Shown in pieces: positions 41,869-51,510 of a stretch of DNA of 64,000 bases. Below the pieces are notes generated by a model, which saw only the letters and a program-made list of their open reading frames with translations, was not told the DNA's origin and did not search any database. A program made the translations under genes and the position numbers. The DNA lies in assembly GCA_963699755.1 (NCBI GenBank), contig CAVOVB010000002.1:512001-576000 (forward strand), read 5' to 3'. Every line of letters begins with the position of its first letter. Position 1 is the stretch's first letter. The DNA is from an uncultured delta proteobacterium. Its GTDB lineage: Bacteria; Myxococcota_A; Polyangia; Polyangiales; Houyiibacteriaceae.

Positions 41869-42060
41869 TCAGGGGCCTTCATCTGAGCCAGCGTCCATGC
41901 CCGCGTCTGGCGCCGCGACGCACACGCCTGCGAGGCAGGATAGGCCGGCTTCACATTGTGCAGTCCTGGTACAGGGCTCGTCGAGCTGCTTGGGACCGAT
42001 GTTCGTGCCGCAAGCAACGGCGAGCAGGCAACATGATAGCCAGCACAGTCGGCAAGTCAT
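41869..42060 (-). CDS. Small Cys-rich lipoprotein
   Basis: Lipobox AVAC, C-x5-C-x5-C-x4-C module and a DAGMDAG tail typical of myxobacterial exported proteins. Confidence 0.65.
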   Translation of the reverse strand: MTCRLCWLSCCLLAVACGTNIGPKQLDEPCTRTAQCEAGLSCLAGVCVAAPDAGMDAGSDEGP

Positions 42061-42130
42061 CGAGGCGACGATAGCGCAGCCCGCGATCGGAGACCACGCT
42101 CGTCGTCACAAACGCTGCTAGGCTCCGACC

Positions 42131-43360
42131 GTGGATATCCGGCTGCTGATCCCGGAGCTCTTCGAGAAGCTCAGCCTCATCGCGACCGCAGGCCTTCTGG
42201 GAGTGCTCGTGCCGCCCCTGCGCAACCGCCTTCTCGGCGTAGGCCAGCCAAGAGACATCGCGGTGGTGGTGGTCTTCGGCCTCTTGTTCTCGCTCTGGGG
42301 GTCGACGATGGGCTTCGATTGGTTGGGGCATCATCTCAACCTCCGTGCCATCGGAATCATGATCGCCGGAATTTTGGGAGGCCCCCGTGCGGGGGCCGTC
42401 ACCGGGCTCCTCGGAGGAGGGTTCTACGTGGCGCGCGTCGCGCCGGAGGCGTTCCCGTGGGCACTGATCGCCTCCTTCCTGGACGGCTGGTTGGCAGGCC
42501 GGATGTCGGTGCGTCGTGAGCAGATGTTCGTTGGCTGGCGTGTGCTCGGCTCCGCTGCCGTCGTTCAACTCGCCGGCCTGAGCGTCACGGCGGCTGGCAT
42601 GGCTCTTTCCAGATCGAATCCCATCGAGGCGCTGCCATGTCTGGCCACACAGCTTGCCGGGGTTGCGGTCGGCGTTGCCCTTTTCATCAACGTGGCGCTC
42701 GTGGTGATCACGCGACAGGAGCAGGCCGTGGCGCTGGTGGAAGCGCAGGCGGCCGCCAACGCGCTGTCGCTGACTGCGTTGCGTAGCCGTCTCGAGCCAC
42801 ACTTCCTGTTCAACGCACTCAACACGCTTCGCGCCACCATTCGTCGGGACCCGGAAGAAGCGCGCACTTTGGTTTCGGACCTCGCGGATCTGTACCGCTA
42901 TCTGCTTCACCATCCGCACGACGCGTCGGTCATGAACGAGGTCGAGCATGCATGCGCATACCTCGCAATCGAGAGGGCACGCCTCGGAGGGGAACGGCTT
43001 GCGGTTCAAACCTCGATCGATGAGAGCGTGCGCGACGCTCGGATTCCCGCACTGCTCCTTCAGCCGATCGTCGAGAACGCGGTTAAACACGGAATCACAC
43101 CAAAGCAAGGGCTCGGCAAAATCACCATCCGGGCGTCGGACGCAGGCGAGCGTCTTCGCATCGAAGTCGAAGACGAAGCGGACGGCCCGTATCAGGGACC
43201 ATCGACCAAGGGCTCAGGCCTGGCGCTTCAAACGCTCCGCAAGCGGCTCGACCAGCAATACGATGGGCGAGCCAGTCTGCGGCTTTCTTCATCGGAGCGC
43301 GGTACCCTGGTGACCGTGGAGCTACCAAAAGAATCCGAGAGCGGAGGAGAGTCAATATGA
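42131..43360 (+). CDS. LytS-family sensor histidine kinase (5TM-LYT)
   Basis: N-terminal TM helices; LEPHFLFNALN, LQPIVENAVKHG and GSGLAL. Confidence 0.93.
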   Translation: MDIRLLIPELFEKLSLIATAGLLGVLVPPLRNRLLGVGQPRDIAVVVVFGLLFSLWGSTMGFDWLGHHLNLRAIGIMIAGILGGPRAGAVTGLLGGGFYVARVAPEAFPWALIASFLDGWLAGRMSVRREQMFVGWRVLGSAAVVQLAGLSVTAAGMALSRSNPIEALPCLATQLAGVAVGVALFINVALVVITRQEQAVALVEAQAAANALSLTALRSRLEPHFLFNALNTLRATIRRDPEEARTLVSDLADLYRYLLHHPHDASVMNEVEHACAYLAIERARLGGERLAVQTSIDESVRDARIPALLLQPIVENAVKHGITPKQGLGKITIRASDAGERLRIEVEDEADGPYQGPSTKGSGLALQTLRKRLDQQYDGRASLRLSSSERGTLVTVELPKESESGGESI

Positions 43361-44085
43361 ACATTCGTGCCATCGTGGTCGACGATGAGCCCCTCGCCCG
43401 TGACGAGCTTCGATTCATGCTCGGCCAGTGCGAAGGCGTGGAAGTCGTCGGAGAGGCGAGGAATGCAGCCGAAGCGCAGCAGCTCTGCGACCTCGAGCGA
43501 CCCGATCTGGCCTTTCTCGATCTGCGAATGCCAGGGCCTGATGGCGTTGCGCTCGCCGAAACGCTCATGGCCAACCACCCTGATCTCAAAGTGGTGATCG
43601 TATCCGCCCACGACGAAGGCGCGTTGCGAGCGTTCGAGGCCCGTGTTGCCGACTATCTGCTCAAGCCGGTCCGCCTCGAACGATTGCGCCAGGCCGTGGA
43701 GCGAGCTCGGGGCGAGCTGGGAGGAGCCACGGGCGGCCACGAGCGGCTCGAACGAATCGCCGTGCGGCGAAAAGATGCCTACGTGGTGCTCGAGATCGGC
43801 GACGTGGTCTACTTCGAAGTGAAAGACGAGCTCGTATGGGCGGTGACTGAAAAGGACCGATTTGCGATCGATAAGACGCTCGCCAATCTGGAAGAGGAGC
43901 TCGACCCGGAAGCGTTCTTCCGATCGCACCGTGGTTTCATCGTCGGCTACGACAAAATCCGTGCGATCGAGCCGAGCGGCGCCGGCACCTATCAGCTCCT
44001 GCTCGACCACCCGGATGAACCGAGGATCCCTCTCGCGCGGGAGCGCGCCAAAAAGCTCCGGGAGCGGATCCCGTTTTCCGGCTGA
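43357..44085 (+). CDS. LytTR-family response regulator
   Basis: VDDEPLA, FLDLRMP, DYLLKP and FFRSHRGFIV. Confidence 0.95.
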   Translation: MNIRAIVVDDEPLARDELRFMLGQCEGVEVVGEARNAAEAQQLCDLERPDLAFLDLRMPGPDGVALAETLMANHPDLKVVIVSAHDEGALRAFEARVADYLLKPVRLERLRQAVERARGELGGATGGHERLERIAVRRKDAYVVLEIGDVVYFEVKDELVWAVTEKDRFAIDKTLANLEEELDPEAFFRSHRGFIVGYDKIRAIEPSGAGTYQLLLDHPDEPRIPLARERAKKLRERIPFSG

Positions 44086-44155
44086 GCCCCGCACTCACTC
44101 TCGCGCAGGTGGAAAACACTTAGCGTTTGGGCTCACGGGTGGTAAGTCCCATCTC

Positions 44156-44920
44156 ATGCGCGGGACAGGGTTCACTCAGGTGCTCATGCTGAGCTCGCTT
44201 TGCGCGGCGCTCGCGGTATCGGCTTGTAAGAAGGGTAAGGACAGCGAGAACGCGTCCAACAAACGCGAGCCGCCCCCACCCTCGGGGACGATGAGCCTAC
44301 AGGGCATGTACTCGTACATGGCCGACGCCGGAGTCTTCGTGGACTGCGCCACCCGTGAACGATGGCCCGTGGCTCATGAAGGCGACAATGCCGCGTTGGA
44401 GCGGGCGTACGGTCAGGCCGACATCGCCCCTGGCATGCCTCTACTCGTCACGGTCGAAGGCGGATTGGACCTGCGACCCAAAGTCGACCGCCGCGGCAAA
44501 GAGATGAACCTGATCGTGCAGCGATTCGTGCGCACCTGGCCTCGGGAGACTTGTGGAAGCATGGGACGAGTCACGCTGGAAGACAAGAGATGGGCCCTGC
44601 TGGAGCTCAACGGAAAGACGATCACCGTCACGGTCAACGACAGGGCGCCGTACCTCGAGCTCAACGCGAAGAAGGCGAGCGCGTACGGGTTCGGCGGCTG
44701 CAATCGCTTCTTCGGCTCGTATGTAACTGACGGAAAGTCACTGACGTTCGGCGCGCTGGGTGCGACGCGTATGGCATGCCCAGAAGGAATGGACCAAGAG
44801 CAGGAGCTTTTCACCGTGCTCGGCACCGTCACACGGTATGAGATTCACGGTTCCAAGCTCATGCTTTTCGCCGACCAGAAGCTCGTGGCACGATTCGAGG
44901 CGAGCGCAGCGGTCGAGTGA
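44156..44920 (+). CDS. Lipoprotein with NlpE C-terminal-like domain and META (HslJ) domain
   Basis: Lipobox VSAC; GMYSYMADAGVFVDC; GFGGCNRFFGSY..TRMACPEGMDQE. Confidence 0.88.
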   Translation: MRGTGFTQVLMLSSLCAALAVSACKKGKDSENASNKREPPPPSGTMSLQGMYSYMADAGVFVDCATRERWPVAHEGDNAALERAYGQADIAPGMPLLVTVEGGLDLRPKVDRRGKEMNLIVQRFVRTWPRETCGSMGRVTLEDKRWALLELNGKTITVTVNDRAPYLELNAKKASAYGFGGCNRFFGSYVTDGKSLTFGALGATRMACPEGMDQEQELFTVLGTVTRYEIHGSKLMLFADQKLVARFEASAAVE

Positions 44921-46491
44921 TCTTCGTCTTCGACGAGTTCGAGCTAGACCCAGCGCGGCGAGAGCTTCGCGTCGACGGCGAACGGCGACAAGTCCAGCCA
45001 CAGGTATTCGACCTGCTGATCTACCTCGTCAAACACCACGAGCGGGTCGTGCCCAAACGCGAGCTCCTCGATGCGCTCTGGCCGGACACCGCCGTGACCG
45101 AGAGCTCGATTCAACGCGCAATCAGCCTGGCTAGAAGCGCACTCGGCGAGCATGGGCCGGAGCTCATTCAAACCTTTCCGCGGCAAGGGTATCGCTTCGT
45201 GGGAAGGCTGCGAACGGACCCGAAGCCATCTCTCGGGTTCGCCTTGCAGCCTCGGTACGCAGCCAGCGGAGGCGTTCACATCGCGTATGCCACCATCGGC
45301 AGCGGAGATCCCGACATCGTCGTGGTGAGCGGTTGGATCATGCCGATGCGAGCGATGTTCAGGCACCCGCGGACACGATCAGCGATGACAGCGCTGGCCT
45401 CAATGGGCAGAGTCATCCAGTTCGACAAACGAGGAACCGGGCTTTCCGACCCGGTTAAGGACCTGCCCAGCCACGAGCAGCGTATGGACGACTTGAGGGT
45501 CGTTCTCGACGCCTGTGGTTCGCAGAAGGCCATCCTCATCGGTTTTTCCGAAGGCGGTGCGCTCGCGATCTTATACGCGGCCACGTACCCCGAACGCGTT
45601 CGAGGCTTGGTCCTCTGCGGCGCATTCGCGCGGATGACGCGTGCACGGGACTACCCCCTCGGTTACGCGCCCGAGGACATGGAGAAGCTCAAGGGGTATA
45701 TCCGCGGCGCCTGGGGCAAAGGCGCCTCCTTGCGTGCGATCGCGCCTAGCGAGCTGAGCGACCCAGAGTTCATCGACTGGCTCGGCTTCGCGGAACAAGA
45801 GGGCGCGAGCCCAGGGAGCGCGCTCGACCTGCTCGAAATGAACCTTCGAATCGACCTGCGTGCCTTGCTTCCGACAATCCGGGTACCGACCGTCGTATTG
45901 CAGGCCCGCGATGATAAAATGATCGATCCGGCCAGTGGTTCCTATCTCGCGGAGCGCATTCCCAATGCGCGCTACCTGGAGGCTCCGGGCGACGATCACA
46001 TCTTCTGCTTTCGCAACCAAGACGAGATGGTCAACGCGCTGCGCTGGGTGCTGACACAGGAACCGCCAGAGCTCGAAGAGGATCGGTTCCTGAGCACCGT
46101 CCTGGTTGCCAAATCGCGCGGAGACATCCACGAAGGCTCTTGGTTGGCAGAGGTTGAGCGGTTCCGCGGCCAGGTGGTCCCCGGCAAACCCCAGGCGCAC
46201 TTCGACCGACCGACTCACGCGATCCACTGTGGGCTTGCCCTCGCTGAACGAGGGGGACTTCGCTTCGGGGTTCACACCGGCGAGGTCGTCCGAAGGGGCA
46301 CCACCGTGAGCGGGGCTGCGTTTGCAGTGGCGGAAGCGATCGCCAGCGAGGCGCCGGAAGGGCAGGTCTGGGCCTCGCGCGTGCTGGTCGACCTCGTGCC
46401 CAGCGGCGACCTCCAGTTCGAAGAAGTCCGAGACCGTCTCTCTGTCGAAGGGCTTGAAATCACATCGTTTTCGGTGCGATCGCAGAGCTAA
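44917..46491 (+). CDS. OmpR/CadC-type winged-helix domain, alpha/beta hydrolase and degenerate class III cyclase-like domain
   Basis: FELDPARRELR..VFDLL..ELLDALW..RQGYRF; FDKRGTG, GFSEGG, GDDH; RFGVHTGEV. Confidence 0.88.
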   Translation: MIFVFDEFELDPARRELRVDGERRQVQPQVFDLLIYLVKHHERVVPKRELLDALWPDTAVTESSIQRAISLARSALGEHGPELIQTFPRQGYRFVGRLRTDPKPSLGFALQPRYAASGGVHIAYATIGSGDPDIVVVSGWIMPMRAMFRHPRTRSAMTALASMGRVIQFDKRGTGLSDPVKDLPSHEQRMDDLRVVLDACGSQKAILIGFSEGGALAILYAATYPERVRGLVLCGAFARMTRARDYPLGYAPEDMEKLKGYIRGAWGKGASLRAIAPSELSDPEFIDWLGFAEQEGASPGSALDLLEMNLRIDLRALLPTIRVPTVVLQARDDKMIDPASGSYLAERIPNARYLEAPGDDHIFCFRNQDEMVNALRWVLTQEPPELEEDRFLSTVLVAKSRGDIHEGSWLAEVERFRGQVVPGKPQAHFDRPTHAIHCGLALAERGGLRFGVHTGEVVRRGTTVSGAAFAVAEAIASEAPEGQVWASRVLVDLVPSGDLQFEEVRDRLSVEGLEITSFSVRSQS

Positions 46492-46560
46492 GCATTCGAT
46501 AAGCTCCCCAGAAGGACCTTCGCGCGCCGCCTCCGTACCTTGGGCACAAGGGAGGCAGTC

Positions 46561-47076
46561 ATGCCGTATTCAAACGCCGCCCAAGCACTCGAGAACGAAA
46601 CCCGCACCCTCGCCGCCCGGGTCGCTAGCCGCTTCTGTGGCCCTCCCGGATCGGCCAATCGAGGCTTTCAGAATCACCCCTTCCCGAACTGCTATGTCTG
46701 CGGAACCCATCGCTGCTGCGGCGATGGAATGTGTCTTTTCGCCGGCGCGGTCGCTGAAGGCGTCGTCGCGAGCTCCTGGGTGCCCACCGCGGACTTCGTC
46801 GACGACAAAGGAGTCGTCACGCCGGAGCTCATCTGCGCCGCCTTGGACTGCCCCGGGGCCTGGGCTCTGATCGACCGCTATGGAATCGAGGGCCCGTTCG
46901 TCCTCGGCCGGATGACGTACCGACTCGAGCAGCCGATCCGCGCGGGCGAGCGCTATGTCGTCATGGGCTGGGCGTTGGATCGCGAGGGACGCAAGTCGCT
47001 CTGCGGTACGGCGATCTACGACGCCGAGGGCGTGGTCTGCGCAGCGGCGCGAGCCACCTGGTTTCAACTTCGCTGA
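46561..47076 (+). CDS. Hotdog-fold thioesterase-like protein, apparently internally shortened
   Basis: RFCGPPGSAN joined directly to GFQNHPFPNCYVCG; AALDCPG and GRK..GTAIYD. Confidence 0.7.
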   Translation: MPYSNAAQALENETRTLAARVASRFCGPPGSANRGFQNHPFPNCYVCGTHRCCGDGMCLFAGAVAEGVVASSWVPTADFVDDKGVVTPELICAALDCPGAWALIDRYGIEGPFVLGRMTYRLEQPIRAGERYVVMGWALDREGRKSLCGTAIYDAEGVVCAAARATWFQLR

Positions 47077-47149
47077 CAGCGTCAGCGTGAACGTGAGTCT
47101 CGGGCTTGCCGACCTGTCAACCCCCGCCCGGTCGGCTATATCCTGGTCA

Positions 47150-48010
47150 ATGAACATCGGAATCGTATCCATCAACGTGGGCGGCCCCTCCACCGCTGAG
47201 AACATGGTCGAAGTCGTGCAGCATGCGGAGGCAGCTGGGATCGAGTCGGTTTGGACGTTTGAGCACGTCGTCGTACCGATGGACTACGAATCCACTTATC
47301 CCTACGCCCGCTCCGGGAAGATGGGGATCGCGCCCGAGGCTTGGTTTCTCGATCCGTTGATCTCACTTGCCCATGTCGCAGCCGCCACGAGGACGATTCG
47401 ATTGGGGACCGGCGTCAACATCCTCCCCCAGGCCAATCCGCTTCTCTTCGCGAAGCAAACCGCCAGCCTCGATGCGCTCAGCGGTGGACGACTCACCCTA
47501 GGTCTCGGAATCGGCTGGCTTGCCGAGGAGTACGAGGCGATGGGGACGTCGTTCAAGCGGCGAGGCGCGCGCTTTGACGACTATCTCGAGGCGGTGAAGA
47601 AGGTTTGGAGCGGCGAGGTGGTTGAGCACGAGAGCGAGTTCTTGTCCTGGCACGGCTTCAAGAGCCATCCCACCCCTGCTCAGAAGCCTCACCCGCCGAT
47701 TCTGATCGGAGGAACGTCGACCAACACCCTTCGGCGCGTGGTGAGTGCCGCGGACGGCTGGTACGCGCCGAGCGATTCTCAGCAGGAGCTCAGCGACAAG
47801 ATCACGCTGCTCAAACGAATGGCTGCCGAGGCTGGGCGGCCATTCGATTCGATCGACATTACGACGAACTGGCGAATCGCGAAGAAGCCGGACGCCCTCC
47901 CGGAGCTCGAGGACCTCGGCATCAAGCGCGCCGTGGTCCTGCTCAGCGCCACCGGCGAATCGGACCCGATGAAGGCGGTCGACCTGATCGCCTCGCGGGC
48001 TAGGCTCTAG
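47150..48010 (+). CDS. Luciferase-like (LLM) oxidoreductase, probably F420-dependent
   Basis: SVWTFEHVVVP..YPY, DPLISL, LGTGVNILP, SGGRL.LGLGIGW and PPILIGG. Confidence 0.88.
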   Translation: MNIGIVSINVGGPSTAENMVEVVQHAEAAGIESVWTFEHVVVPMDYESTYPYARSGKMGIAPEAWFLDPLISLAHVAAATRTIRLGTGVNILPQANPLLFAKQTASLDALSGGRLTLGLGIGWLAEEYEAMGTSFKRRGARFDDYLEAVKKVWSGEVVEHESEFLSWHGFKSHPTPAQKPHPPILIGGTSTNTLRRVVSAADGWYAPSDSQQELSDKITLLKRMAAEAGRPFDSIDITTNWRIAKKPDALPELEDLGIKRAVVLLSATGESDPMKAVDLIASRARL

Positions 48011-48040
48011 CCCCCGCATCCGCGGTGTCAGCGCCAGTAG

Positions 48041-48478
48041 CTATAGCTTGGACTGGATCCACTGAAGGAGCTGCGGGAGGTTCATGGCGCCAGGCTGTCG
48101 CGCGACCTCGTGCCCCCCTTTGAAGACGGCAGTGGTTGGAATGCTGTTGATCTGGTAGCGCATCGCCAGAGCTCGATTCTCATCGGTGTTGACCTTAGCC
48201 AGCCGAACCCGAGGCTCCAGCTCGGCCGCCGCCTTCTCGAAGAATGGCGCCATCATTTTACAGGGCCCGCACCAGGGAGCCCAGAAGTCCACGACGAGCG
48301 GGATTTCGCTGCGGGTCAGCTGCCGATCGAAGGTCTGGTCGGTCAGCGAAATCGGCTTCCCGGCGAAAAACGGCTGCTTGCACTTCCCACAGCGGGGGTC
48401 GTCTCTCAACCGGGCGGTCGGGATTCGATTGATGGACTGGCAACTGGAGCAGACGAGGATCTCGGAGGGCTTGCTCAT
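48041..48478 (-). CDS. trxC: Thioredoxin 2 (Zn-finger type)
   Basis: CSSC..CGKC zinc finger plus WAPWCGPC. Confidence 0.93.
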   Translation of the reverse strand: MSKPSEILVCSSCQSINRIPTARLRDDPRCGKCKQPFFAGKPISLTDQTFDRQLTRSEIPLVVDFWAPWCGPCKMMAPFFEKAAAELEPRVRLAKVNTDENRALAMRYQINSIPTTAVFKGGHEVARQPGAMNLPQLLQWIQSKL

Positions 48479-48625
48479 CGATGCCAAGCTAAGTCCGAAA
48501 TCGGAGAAGGCTAGTTAGTATCATTTGAGATTCACCCCTCCTCCAAAGAACAGGCTTGCGTAGGCCACGGCGCTTCGCCGGCTCCCCGACCTACCCCTCG
48601 ATGGGGAGCACCGATTGGACTGTGC

Positions 48626-48654
48626 TTGACGCCCAGCAGACCCCGGCCCATATT
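48626..48654 (+). promoter_or_regulatory. Putative sigma70 promoter of rpsO-pnp
   Basis: TTGACG, 17 bp, CATATT, about 60 bp upstream of rpsO. Confidence 0.6.
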
Positions 48655-48712
48655 CCGCCCCCTTTGAAACAGAGAAGACCCCATTTTTCATGAGAATTAG
48701 CGCGAGTAACGC

Positions 48713-48982
48713 ATGGCACTGACCGCCGATAGAAAGTCCGAGCTGATCGGTCAATTCCGCAACCACGACACCGATACGGGTTCGCCCGAAGTCCAGATCG
48801 CCATTTTGAGTGAGCGGATCACCTACCTGACCGATCACTTCAAGACGCATGAGAAGGATCACCACTCCCGCCGAGGCCTGCTGAAGCTCGTCAGCCAGCG
48901 ACGCCGGCTCCTCGACTACGTGCGCTCACAGGACGTGGAGCGATACCGCAAGATCATTTCAGAGCTTGGCATTCGGAAGTAA
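48713..48982 (+). CDS. rpsO: 30S ribosomal protein S15
   Basis: [12 protein letters not shown] and [13 protein letters not shown]. Confidence 0.98.
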   Translation: MALTADRKSELIGQFRNHDTDTGSPEVQIAILSERITYLTDHFKTHEKDHHSRRGLLKLVSQRRRLLDYVRSQDVERYRKIISELGIRK

Positions 48983-49042
48983 GCTGAGCGCCCGGGGCGT
49001 TGTCCCGGTAGAACCTTGGTGGCTTTGCGTCGGGTTCGGAGT

Positions 49043-49162
49043 TCGCTCTTCGCTTCGATGGTTTGAGACCCGCTCAAACCCTGGAATCGGGGACCGAGAC
49101 CGCTCTCGATGTGAACGCGGACCACATGCGCGGTTGCGCCGCGCGGAAGGCGAAGAGAGCGA
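49043..49162 (+). promoter_or_regulatory. Structured pnp 5' leader (long-range stem over the translation start region)
   Basis: TCGCTCTTCGCTTC (49043-56) is complementary, with bulges, to GAAGGCGAAGAGAGCGA (49146-62); internal hairpin GGTTTGAG-ACCCG-CTCAAACC (49060-80). Confidence 0.55.
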
Positions 49163-51510
49163 TGATAATCAGAGAATCCGCGAAGATTGGTGACAAAGAG
49201 ATCACCATCGAGACGGGCCGTATTGCCAAGCAGGCAGCCGGCTCGGTATTGGTGAGCTGTGGTGAAACCATGGTTCTCGTCACCGTCTGTGGGAACAAAG
49301 AGGCACGGCCGGGGGCGCCATTTTTCCCACTGACCGTCGACTACGTCGAAAAGACCTACGCTGCGGGCAAGATCCCCGGCGGCTTCTTCAAGCGTGAGGC
49401 CAGGCTGCGCGATCACGAGGTGCTCACCTCGCGACTGATCGACCGGCCGATTCGCCCGCTCTTCCCCGAGGGCTACATGAGCGAGACGCAGGTCATCGCG
49501 ACTGTGATGAGCGCAGACGCAAGCAATCAGTCAGATGTCCTCGCGATGGTCGGCGCCTCGGCTGCCATTCACATCAGTCCTCTTCCTTGGGGAGGCCCGA
49601 TCGCAGGCGTTCGCGTCGCACGTGTCGACGGGAAGCTCATCGCGAACCCGACTTTTCAAGAGCAAGAAAACAGCGAGTGTGAGCTGGTCATCGCCGCGTC
49701 CAAGGACGCGATCGTGATGGTCGAAGGCGAAGCCAGCGAAATGAGCGAAGAGGACCTGATCGCGGCCATCCAGTTTGGTCACGAGTCGGTGCAGGGGGTC
49801 CTCGAGCTGATCGAGAAGATCCGCGACGCCGTTGGCGCCGAGAAGTGGCCCTTCACGCCGCCCCAGCGCGACCCGAAGATCGACGCGCGCGTCAAAGACG
49901 TCGGCCTCCAAAAGGTCATCGAGGCCTGCAACATCGCGGAGAAGCACCCGCGCTACGACCGCTTCGGCGAAATCAAGAAGGAGCTCGTGGCTGAGCTCTC
50001 GGCGGAGTTCCCCGACCATGAAGGCGACATCAAGGACGCCTATGAAGAACTCCGCTACGACACGATGCGTGCACAGGTGCTAGACGACAAGCGCCGCGTC
50101 GACGGTCGTGATTACAAGACGGTCCGGCCGATCGCGATCGAGGTAGGTCTCCTTCCACGGGTGCACGGTTCGTCCTTGTTCACGCGCGGAGAGACACAGG
50201 GCATCGTCACGGCGACGCTCGGCACCCGTCAGGACGAGCAGAAGATTGACGGCCTCACCGAGGAGTACTGGAAGCCGTTCCTCCTTCATTACAACTTCCC
50301 CCCCTACTCCGTCGGTGAGACGAAGTTCCTCCGGGGCCCGGGCCGTCGGGAGATCGGACACGGAACCCTCGCCGAGCGCGCTCTGACCAAGGTGCTGCCT
50401 TCGCGCGACGACTTCCCGTACACGATGCGAATCGTCTCGGAGATCACCGAGTCGAACGGCTCCTCGTCGATGGCAACCGTTTGCGGGGGAAGCTTGGCGA
50501 TGATGGACGCGGGTATTCCCGTCAGAGCTCCGGTTGCTGGCGTGGCGATGGGTTTGATCATGGAAGGCGGGAAGTACGCCGTCCTGACCGACATCCTCGG
50601 CGACGAGGACCATCTAGGCGACATGGACTTCAAGGTCTGCGGGACCGACAAAGGCATCACCGCCATCCAGATGGACATCAAGATCGGCGGACTTGGCCAA
50701 GAGATCATGCACGAAGCCTTGGAGCAGGCGCGCGAAGGCCGACTCCACATCCTCGAGAAGATGAACGAGGTCCTGGCGACCCCGCGTCCGGAGCTTTCGA
50801 AGTACGCGCCGCGTATCGAGACCCTGAAGGTCAAGCCCGACCAGATCCGCGTCGTCATCGGACCGGGTGGCAAGATGATCAAAGCGATCACGGACCAGAC
50901 CGGCGCCAAGATCGACATCAGCGACGATGGCACGGTGAGTATCTCCTCGCCCGATGGCGAAGCGCTCAAGAAGGCGATCGAGATCATCGAAAGCCTGACG
51001 CTCGAACCGGAAATCGGCGCGAAGTACAAGGGCATCGTCCGACGGGTCGAGAACTACGGCGCGTTCCTCGAGATCGCGCCGGGCAAAGACGGGCTGCTCC
51101 ACATCACCGACATGGACTGGGGCTTCGTCGAGAAGGTGCAGGACGTGATGGACCTCGGTGACGAGGTCGAGGTCATGATCAGCGACATCGATCGCGAAGG
51201 CCGAATTCGGCTATCGCGAAAGGCGCTCCTCGAAAAACCTGAAGGCTACGTCGAGCCGGAGCGCAAGGAACGCCGTGAAGGTGGTGGACGCGGACGCGAT
51301 GGCGACCGAGGCAGAGGACGAGGCGGACGCGATCGGGACCGTGGGGGACGAGGCGGCGCGAGAGCCGGGGGGCGCGACGGCGACCGCGACCGAGGCCGCG
51401 GACGGGATCGGGACCGTGGAAGGGATCGTGACCGGGACCGGGATCGCGACCGCGACCGCGAGAGCAGCAAGCGCGAGGCCGGGGGCAACGACCCTGAGCG
51501 AAAAGACTGA
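49162..51510 (+). CDS. pnp: Polyribonucleotide nucleotidyltransferase
   Basis: [34 protein letters not shown] and GDMDFKV; KH and S1 domains; long RG/RD tail. Confidence 0.98.
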   Translation: MIIRESAKIGDKEITIETGRIAKQAAGSVLVSCGETMVLVTVCGNKEARPGAPFFPLTVDYVEKTYAAGKIPGGFFKREARLRDHEVLTSRLIDRPIRPLFPEGYMSETQVIATVMSADASNQSDVLAMVGASAAIHISPLPWGGPIAGVRVARVDGKLIANPTFQEQENSECELVIAASKDAIVMVEGEASEMSEEDLIAAIQFGHESVQGVLELIEKIRDAVGAEKWPFTPPQRDPKIDARVKDVGLQKVIEACNIAEKHPRYDRFGEIKKELVAELSAEFPDHEGDIKDAYEELRYDTMRAQVLDDKRRVDGRDYKTVRPIAIEVGLLPRVHGSSLFTRGETQGIVTATLGTRQDEQKIDGLTEEYWKPFLLHYNFPPYSVGETKFLRGPGRREIGHGTLAERALTKVLPSRDDFPYTMRIVSEITESNGSSSMATVCGGSLAMMDAGIPVRAPVAGVAMGLIMEGGKYAVLTDILGDEDHLGDMDFKVCGTDKGITAIQMDIKIGGLGQEIMHEALEQAREGRLHILEKMNEVLATPRPELSKYAPRIETLKVKPDQIRVVIGPGGKMIKAITDQTGAKIDISDDGTVSISSPDGEALKKAIEIIESLTLEPEIGAKYKGIVRRVENYGAFLEIAPGKDGLLHITDMDWGFVEKVQDVMDLGDEVEVMISDIDREGRIRLSRKALLEKPEGYVEPERKERREGGGRGRDGDRGRGRGGRDRDRGGRGGARAGGRDGDRDRGRGRDRDRGRDRDRDRDRDRDRESSKREAGGNDPERKD
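51286..51462 (+). repeat. Low-complexity coding repeat encoding RG/RGG and (RD)n
   Basis: Degenerate hexamers such as CGGGAC, CGCGAC and CGTGAC encode [14 protein letters not shown]...[13 protein letters not shown]. Confidence 0.85.

Noticed and set aside
44104..44145. GGTGG direct repeat as a LytTR binding site
   Set aside because: Short match with a 30-bp period, not the roughly 21-22 bp typical of LytTR sites; the second copy overlaps a likely -10 element.
48521..48865. 114-aa minus-strand ORF over rpsO
   Set aside because: Antisense to the highly conserved rpsO and its promoter.
49063..49161. Upstream in-frame extension of pnp in the ORF track, and similar extensions for mlaE, bioB, ctaB, dtd, the PEGA gene and wbpD
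   Set aside because: Family similarity begins at later start codons; the extensions overlap neighbours or leader structures.
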